Below, piece after piece: positions 26,873 through 31,537 of a stretch of 31,537 nt of DNA. The position numbers and the translations under genes are program-made. Source of the DNA: a virus (Duplodnaviria > Caudoviricetes); the IMG/VR virus record IMGVR_UViG_3300027419_000076, positions 1-31,537 of that record. The stretch is one strand, 5' to 3'. Below the pieces are notes generated by a model that ran no database searches, was not told the DNA's origin, and saw only the letters and a list, made by a program, of their open reading frames with translations. Within the stretch, counting starts at the first letter, position 1, and every line of letters starts with the position of its first letter.

Positions 26873-27055
26873 CTACAATAATTTGTTTAACAGATTCAAC
26901 ATTTCTATATATTCTTTTACAAATTTCTTTTGTGTTTTCTTTCCACCTAATACCGGATTTTTAGAATCAGTAGATATATACTGAAGGTGGCTGTCTAATG
27001 AAGACCAGGTTAAACGCATTAATTGTGCTATCGTGTCATCCTTATTTACTTTCAT
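26873..27055 (-). CDS. hypothetical protein
   Basis: ORF track, overlaps upstream gene. Confidence 0.6.
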   Translation of the reverse strand: MKVNKDDTIAQLMRLTWSSLDSHLQYISTDSKNPVLGGKKTQKKFVKEYIEMLNLLNKLL

Positions 27056-27404
27056 ACTTATTTTTATCCAGATAATCTTGATAGGTTTTCATATTCTTCT
27101 CTATCCATCCAAGTGTCTGATTACATTTCACGCAAAGTAATCCCCTAAATTTATTTGTCTTGTGGTCGTGGTCTATACATAATTGATTCGGTTTCAACTC
27201 TTTTACTTCACCGTATCTTTTTCTGTTTTGTGTAGATATCTTTTCTGGCTCACCACATATTTCACAAACTGAATGTTTTTCCCTATATTCCTTTATAAAT
27301 TCTTTAGTAACATCTAATATAACTCCGTCAGACATTTTATATGGAGTAATTTTTCTATGTTTTTCCCATTGAATAATTGCTTTAGATGACCTATAATTCT
27401 CCAT
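27042..27404 (-). CDS. endonuclease VII-like protein
   Basis: CEICG...IDHDH.T..FRGLLC..CN..LG. Confidence 0.85.
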   Translation of the reverse strand: MENYRSSKAIIQWEKHRKITPYKMSDGVILDVTKEFIKEYREKHSVCEICGEPEKISTQNRKRYGEVKELKPNQLCIDHDHKTNKFRGLLCVKCNQTLGWIEKNMKTYQDYLDKNKYESK

Positions 27405-27413
27405 ACATTCGCA

Positions 27414-27521
27414 TTAATTCTTTTTAAATTCTTTTTCAATTTCTTGTGAAGTTTTGGATTCATCGTCTAGAATCTCATTCCAGTTTTCCCATTCTTCATC
27501 TTCTTGTTCGTCATCTTCCAT
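27414..27521 (-). CDS. acidic microprotein (35 aa)
   Basis: Manual ORF MEDDEQEDEEWENWNEILDDESKTSQEIEKEFKKN. Confidence 0.5.
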   Translation of the reverse strand: MEDDEQEDEEWENWNEILDDESKTSQEIEKEFKKN

Positions 27522-27642
27522 ACTAATATTTGATGCCAAAAAACCTGGATTATTTATAACTTTACTCCAGGAAACTAGCTTTCTATTGTTTTTCTATTTT
27601 TTTCATCGGCTAATATACTTAACTATCTTAACCTATGATTAC

Positions 27643-27671
27643 ATTATAGCATACATTGTTTAATAATTCAA
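27643..27671 (-). promoter_or_regulatory. sigma70-type leftward promoter
   Basis: TTGAAT-17-TATAAT with extended TG. Confidence 0.75.
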
Positions 27672-27695
27672 GTATATTATCGCAAAAACTTATTC

Positions 27696-27704
27696 TGTGT
27701 ATAA
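27696..27704 (-). promoter_or_regulatory. DnaA box
   Basis: TTATACACA between divergent promoters. Confidence 0.5.
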
Positions 27705-27731
27705 CTCATAAACACCAATGTTTATAGGGTA

Positions 27732-27760
27732 TTGACAAACATATTTTTATTTGCTATAAT
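27732..27760 (+). promoter_or_regulatory. consensus sigma70 rightward promoter
   Basis: TTGACA-17-TATAAT with extended TG. Confidence 0.9.
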
Positions 27761-27787
27761 TCTATTATAATTAATTAAAAAAAATTT

Positions 27788-27937
27788 ATGTCTAAAATTT
27801 ATTCATCAAATTGTTGCGGTGCGGAAATGAGTCCATCATATAGAGATATGGAAATTTGTCCGGACTGTAAAGAGCATTGTGAAGTAGAAGTAGAAGAAGT
27901 TGACGATTGGGTAGAGCAATATGGTTTACAAAACTAA
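27788..27937 (+). CDS. Zn-finger microprotein (49 aa)
   Basis: Manual ORF SNCCGA...CPDCKEHC. Confidence 0.7.
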   Translation: MSKIYSSNCCGAEMSPSYRDMEICPDCKEHCEVEVEEVDDWVEQYGLQN

Positions 27938-27961
27938 TAAATAATAATTAATATTACACCT

Positions 27962-28372
27962 ATGAAAACATCAAAAATTATGCCAGAAGAATTTTACAAC
28001 CCATCAGGTTATGCTGATTATTTAGAGAACGAACATTATCATCATTCAGATAAAGGTTGCCAAATAGAAATGACAACAGAGATGGGAACTAGACCAGGAG
28101 AAATTTTCCTATCCGGAGTTGTCAAGAAATGCCTAACTCATAATTGTGTCTGTTCTAAGACCGGATGGGAAAAAGGATGGTATCGTGGAACAAAGTCAGT
28201 TTCTATTATATGTGAGTGTGGAAAAGAACTTGAAGGAAAGAATCGTTTATGCGATAATTGTAAAAAGATACACAGTCAAAATAGCAAAATTAAAGAACAA
28301 ATAAAAAGAAAAGAATTGTCTGCTTTTGCTAGACGTTGGAAAAGCGAAAAAAACTCCAAAATTATTAACTAA
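27962..28372 (+). CDS. Cys-rich hypothetical protein
   Basis: ORF track; CECG...CDNC. Confidence 0.65.
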   Translation: MKTSKIMPEEFYNPSGYADYLENEHYHHSDKGCQIEMTTEMGTRPGEIFLSGVVKKCLTHNCVCSKTGWEKGWYRGTKSVSIICECGKELEGKNRLCDNCKKIHSQNSKIKEQIKRKELSAFARRWKSEKNSKIIN

Positions 28373-28393
28373 TTTAAGGGTTAGATAAAACAC

Positions 28394-28422
28394 TTGAATT
28401 ATTAAACAGAGTGTGCTACAAT
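28394..28422 (+). promoter_or_regulatory. sigma70-type promoter
   Basis: TTGAAT-17-TACAAT with TG. Confidence 0.75.
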
Positions 28423-28427
28423 ACATT

Positions 28428-28561
28428 TACTGGTGAAGACCACGACCGACAGGCAAACAATTCAATTAACTAAACAATAACTGGAACTAGGTAAACTAGG
28501 GAAAGGAACGGTGTATATCGAAGTTAAACGGATTGCCTAGAGAGAGTGGGGAGAGCCAGTA
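28428..28561 (+). ncRNA. rod-shaped RNA / structured leader
   Basis: Nested stems TACTGG, CCAC, AGGCAA, TTAACT with partners; starts at predicted +1. Confidence 0.5.
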
Positions 28562-28602
28562 TAGTAACAATAGTAACAGATTTAATTATTAACTATATTA
28601 TT

Positions 28603-28803
28603 ATGAGAATGACATTTAAGCATTTCATTCATCACGTGATTGAAACTAAACAAGAAGTTATTTTTGATGATAAGACGGAGATTAACCTTTTAAAGGATTG
28701 TCTAAACTATTGTTATCATCGTGGAGCTAAACATAATTCACCTATGACTGGTAAGCTTAATGGTATCAACCAATTAAGAAGACAGTTAGGGATTATTAAA
28801 TAG
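28603..28803 (+). CDS. hypothetical protein
   Basis: ATG at 28603 preferred over GTG 28546, which lies in the RNA rod. Confidence 0.6.
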   Translation: MRMTFKHFIHHVIETKQEVIFDDKTEINLLKDCLNYCYHRGAKHNSPMTGKLNGINQLRRQLGIIK

Positions 28804-28804
28804 T

Positions 28805-28984
28805 ATGAAAGTATTTCTAGATAGAGAAGAATTGGTAAATATTTTGGAAGAAAAATTTGGGAAGCAAACTTTTACATTATTTTATACAGAATCAGACGAA
28901 GAATTTGAAGCAAGAAGTAATGTTAAGATAAAATATTTAGACAGAGTTCCGGATAAACAATCTTATGTATTAAATTTAAATTAA
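28805..28984 (+). CDS. hypothetical protein (59 aa)
   Basis: Manual ORF coupled by stop-T-ATG on both sides. Confidence 0.65.
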   Translation: MKVFLDREELVNILEEKFGKQTFTLFYTESDEEFEARSNVKIKYLDRVPDKQSYVLNLN

Positions 28985-28985
28985 T

Positions 28986-29153
28986 ATGCCTAAACCAGAT
29001 AAAGAAAGTTTAAGAGAGAGCCAAGCGTTGATTAGAATCTCAAAGGTGACAAAAGATAAGATTAAAAAGTTGTGTGAAGAAACAGGTTATAAACAAATAA
29101 CTGTTATAGAATATCTTTTAAATGGAAAGATTTCTCTAGACAGACTTAATTAA
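28986..29153 (+). CDS. ribbon-helix-helix-like small DNA-binding protein (55 aa)
   Basis: IRIS..TKDKIKKLC...G......IEYLL pattern. Confidence 0.5.
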   Translation: MPKPDKESLRESQALIRISKVTKDKIKKLCEETGYKQITVIEYLLNGKISLDRLN

Positions 29154-29157
29154 AAAT

Positions 29158-29469
29158 ATGAAACTAAAAGTAAAAAATGAAGGTAGAGAAAATATTTTTG
29201 AAGCAGAAAAATCAGATTTGATTGAGTGGTTGAAAGATAATGGTTGGAAAGAAATACACAATATAAATCCTAATGGTAATTTTTTTATGGGATTTGATAA
29301 CTCAATAGAAAGTGTTATTGAAGACATTGAAAAATCTGATAGACTTGGAATATTAATTGGTAGTGCTTTAGCAAATAATCTTGGTCACGGTTTATCTGTG
29401 ATTGTAGATAACAGATTAAAAATGTTTGATATTGGAAATATCACCATTGATGATTTAGAAGTAATTTAA
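29158..29469 (+). CDS. hypothetical protein
   Basis: ORF track. Confidence 0.7.
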   Translation: MKLKVKNEGRENIFEAEKSDLIEWLKDNGWKEIHNINPNGNFFMGFDNSIESVIEDIEKSDRLGILIGSALANNLGHGLSVIVDNRLKMFDIGNITIDDLEVI

Positions 29470-29474
29470 AATAT

Positions 29475-29777
29475 ATGGGAATTAGATATTTTGAAGATGC
29501 CAAGATAATGAGAGATTATTGTGAAAAACTTGGCAGAAAAGGAGTTGGAGAAAGAATAATTGAGATTGCTAAAAAAATAGTTTCACAAGAAGGTGCTTAT
29601 CAAGAAACATTAAAATGTGCCGGTGAGATTAGGATGCTAACAACTGGATGTAAATGGGATTGTTATTGGGATGAGAAACAATCGTTAGGTCAGCAAAGAA
29701 TGTTAGAAGAAGCAGAATATAGACCAAGAACCGATTTATATAAAGAGAATTTAAAAGATGAAGATGATGAAGATTAA
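29475..29777 (+). CDS. hypothetical protein
   Basis: ORF track. Confidence 0.7.
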   Translation: MGIRYFEDAKIMRDYCEKLGRKGVGERIIEIAKKIVSQEGAYQETLKCAGEIRMLTTGCKWDCYWDEKQSLGQQRMLEEAEYRPRTDLYKENLKDEDDED

Positions 29778-29853
29778 TTAATACCTGTTGATAACTTTGG
29801 AAAATGTTGAAAAAAGCCAATAAAAACACATATTTAATTAGTGGATAAAATGC

Positions 29854-29881
29854 TTGACTTTATAAATAGATGTGCTATACT
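29854..29881 (+). promoter_or_regulatory. sigma70-type promoter
   Basis: TTGACT-16-TATACT with TG; DnaA-box-like 9-mers at 29786 and 29840. Confidence 0.7.
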
Positions 29882-29891
29882 TAATATATAA

Positions 29892-29966
29892 GAACAAGGG
29901 AGTTAGTAGTTGAGTCCAAAAGACAACTTACTCCGGTAAGTCAAAAGATTACTTCTCCCTTAGTTC
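29892..29966 (+). ncRNA. structured leader / small RNA
   Basis: AAGGGAG/CTCCCTT closing stem with internal hairpins. Confidence 0.45.
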
Positions 29967-30004
29967 CCATTAAATTAAGTTTAAAAAAAATTAATTTTAC
30001 ATCT

Positions 30005-30130
30005 ATGAAAAAAAGTGAATGGAAAAAAAACCAAGACAAAGAAAAAAAAGCATACAACAGGTCAGAGATAAAAGAGTCGATTTATTTCTTAGCAACGTTA
30101 ACAATTTTATTCTCAACTCTATGGCTCTAA
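30005..30130 (+). CDS. small protein with C-terminal hydrophobic anchor (41 aa)
   Basis: Manual ORF MKKSEWKKNQDKEKK...IYFLATLTILFSTLWL. Confidence 0.5.
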   Translation: MKKSEWKKNQDKEKKAYNRSEIKESIYFLATLTILFSTLWL

Positions 30131-30273
30131 ATATATTACACATTCAAAAAGCATCTAATCTAAAAAGAGCATTTGAATTGAATCTACAAATTACTGAAGT
30201 AAGAGATGGAGAAATATTGTGGCTAGGAAACGGTAAAGACTTAAAAAATTATCTTGAAAATATATGTCAATAA
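30121..30273 (+). CDS. hypothetical protein
   Basis: 3' part of track ORF 30019..30273, start uncertain. Confidence 0.5.
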   Translation: MALNILHIQKASNLKRAFELNLQITEVRDGEILWLGNGKDLKNYLENICQ

Positions 30274-30527
30274 TGACAATGATAAATTATAGTGACCCAA
30301 GACAGTTAGCAGAAACGTTGACTGAAATAGTAGAAAGAATAATCACGATTGAGCAGATAGAAAAATTAACAGATAAACAAAGAAAGTTCTTAATAATGTT
30401 AATTATAAAGTGGAAGTATGGTCAAAAGTTAGATGGTAAAGAACCAGTAGATATCATAAAAGATGTTCTAAAAATAAAACCTTATCTAAATAGTGCTGAA
30501 TCTTATCTAAAAATTAAGTATAAATAA
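30264..30527 (+). CDS. hypothetical protein
   Basis: ORF track. Confidence 0.65.
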   Translation: MSIMTMINYSDPRQLAETLTEIVERIITIEQIEKLTDKQRKFLIMLIIKWKYGQKLDGKEPVDIIKDVLKIKPYLNSAESYLKIKYK

Positions 30528-30528
30528 A

Positions 30529-31098
30529 ATGAAAAAATTACTTGAGTTTCAAATGAAAGTTAGTTCTATCTCAAAAGATAGTGAGAATCCTTTCTTCAAG
30601 TCAAAATACTTTGACATTAACAAGTTACTGGAAATTATTAAACCAGTATTAAATGAAATGGAAGTGGTAATTCTACAACCATTAGATAATGTAAACGGAA
30701 GACCGGCTTTATCAACAGTATTATATGATACAAAAGAATCAAAAACTCTATATAGTTCAACCATCACACTTCCTGATTTAACAGACCCACAAAAGATGGG
30801 TAGTGCGATTACTTATTACAGACGTTATTCACTACAATCATTATTAGGACTTGAAGCAGAAGATGATGATGGTAACCTTGCTAGTAATAAAGTTCAACCA
30901 GGAACACTTGGAACAAGTTTAAGACCACAACCACCTAAGAAGGAAAAGATTGCTAGTCTATGTAAACAATTAGGAATGGAAGGTGATACAGCTAAGGCTT
31001 ATGAAATATTTGTGTTCGCTAAAACAACTCACGTTCTAAAGGAAGACAATTACGATTCAATTATTGAGAAATTAGAAAGTTTAATAAATAAGAAGTAA
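30529..31098 (+). CDS. erf: ERF-family ssDNA annealing protein
   Basis: NPFFKSKY, PQKMGSAITYYRRYSL...G...EDDDGN. Confidence 0.9.
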   Translation: MKKLLEFQMKVSSISKDSENPFFKSKYFDINKLLEIIKPVLNEMEVVILQPLDNVNGRPALSTVLYDTKESKTLYSSTITLPDLTDPQKMGSAITYYRRYSLQSLLGLEAEDDDGNLASNKVQPGTLGTSLRPQPPKKEKIASLCKQLGMEGDTAKAYEIFVFAKTTHVLKEDNYDSIIEKLESLINKK

Positions 31099-31105
31099 AA
31101 AAACT

Positions 31106-31399
31106 ATGAGTGAAAAAAAATTCATTGACGGTCTATTCACATCAAGACGTGAATCAGCACCGGAGTTCGTGTTAGCAAACTTATCATTCAAAACTGAAAA
31201 GTTTATTGAATGGTTAAAAGCAAATACCAATGGTCGTGGGTATTGTAACGTAGATGTAAAACGTAGTCGTGATGGTGTCCTTTATTCAGAATTGAATGAA
31301 TGGAAACCACAAGAAAGTTTTATAAAAAATGAAGACGGAAGTATTGGAACAAAAGAAGTAGAAGACGAAGAAATTCGTGTAGAAAATATTCCTTTTTAA
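31106..31399 (+). CDS. phage single-stranded DNA-binding protein (putative)
   Basis: After ERF; acidic tail ending IPF. Confidence 0.65.
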   Translation: MSEKKFIDGLFTSRRESAPEFVLANLSFKTEKFIEWLKANTNGRGYCNVDVKRSRDGVLYSELNEWKPQESFIKNEDGSIGTKEVEDEEIRVENIPF

Positions 31400-31423
31400 T
31401 TAATTAATAAAAGCAAAAAAACT

Positions 31424-31537
31424 ATGAAGTTATTTAACTATCAAAATGAATATGGTGAGCCAAAAATCGGTAAGATTATTTTACACGTATTCTTGCTCAT
31501 AATTCTTCTTCCGGTTATCTTTGGTTCATTTGGAACT
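31424..31537 (+). CDS. membrane protein, probable SPFH/band-7 N-terminus, truncated
   Basis: TM helix followed by FGSFGT. Confidence 0.45.
   Translation, partial: MKLFNYQNEYGEPKIGKIILHVFLLIILLPVIFGSFGT

Noticed and set aside
6059-30767. Antisense or nested short ORFs (6059, 6707, 7837, 16638, 19266, 21294, 21356, 23516, 25098, 27454, 29136, 29629, 30549)
   Set aside because: Shadow frames of well-supported genes
1-31537. CRISPR array, DGR/retron, integrase
   Set aside because: No spaced repeats, reverse transcriptase or recombinase motifs seen in the window

Overview
AT-rich dsDNA tailed-phage segment, probably most of a small podovirus-like genome, in standard genetic code. The minus strand (27.6 kb to 4.1 kb) carries a tRNA/ncRNA array, then TerS, TerL, portal, scaffold and major capsid. 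These are followed by an inserted glycosyltransferase/nitroreductase block, adaptor, tail fibres, a holin plus papain-like protease lysis block, a nozzle-like protein, an HNH homing endonuclease and two large ejection-type proteins (one SLT, one with an ART-like C-terminus). The plus strand carries early/middle genes: ERF, SSB, SPFH, 3D domain, NinG, tRNA-Arg, AEP-like protein, metallophosphoesterase, DUF5664-like protein and exonuclease. SD-less starts and an SSB tail 'EEIRVENIPF' suggest a Patescibacteria (CPR)-like host (inference). The most unusual signal is in RNA. The tRNA array contains a 63-nt tmRNA tRNA-like domain with no mRNA-like domain, overlapped by an ORF that stops inside its T-arm, and a 76-nt kissing-loop three-way junction. 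Almost all tRNA-like elements end in N-C-A instead of N-CCA. All protein calls are from motif recognition by eye, not database searches.
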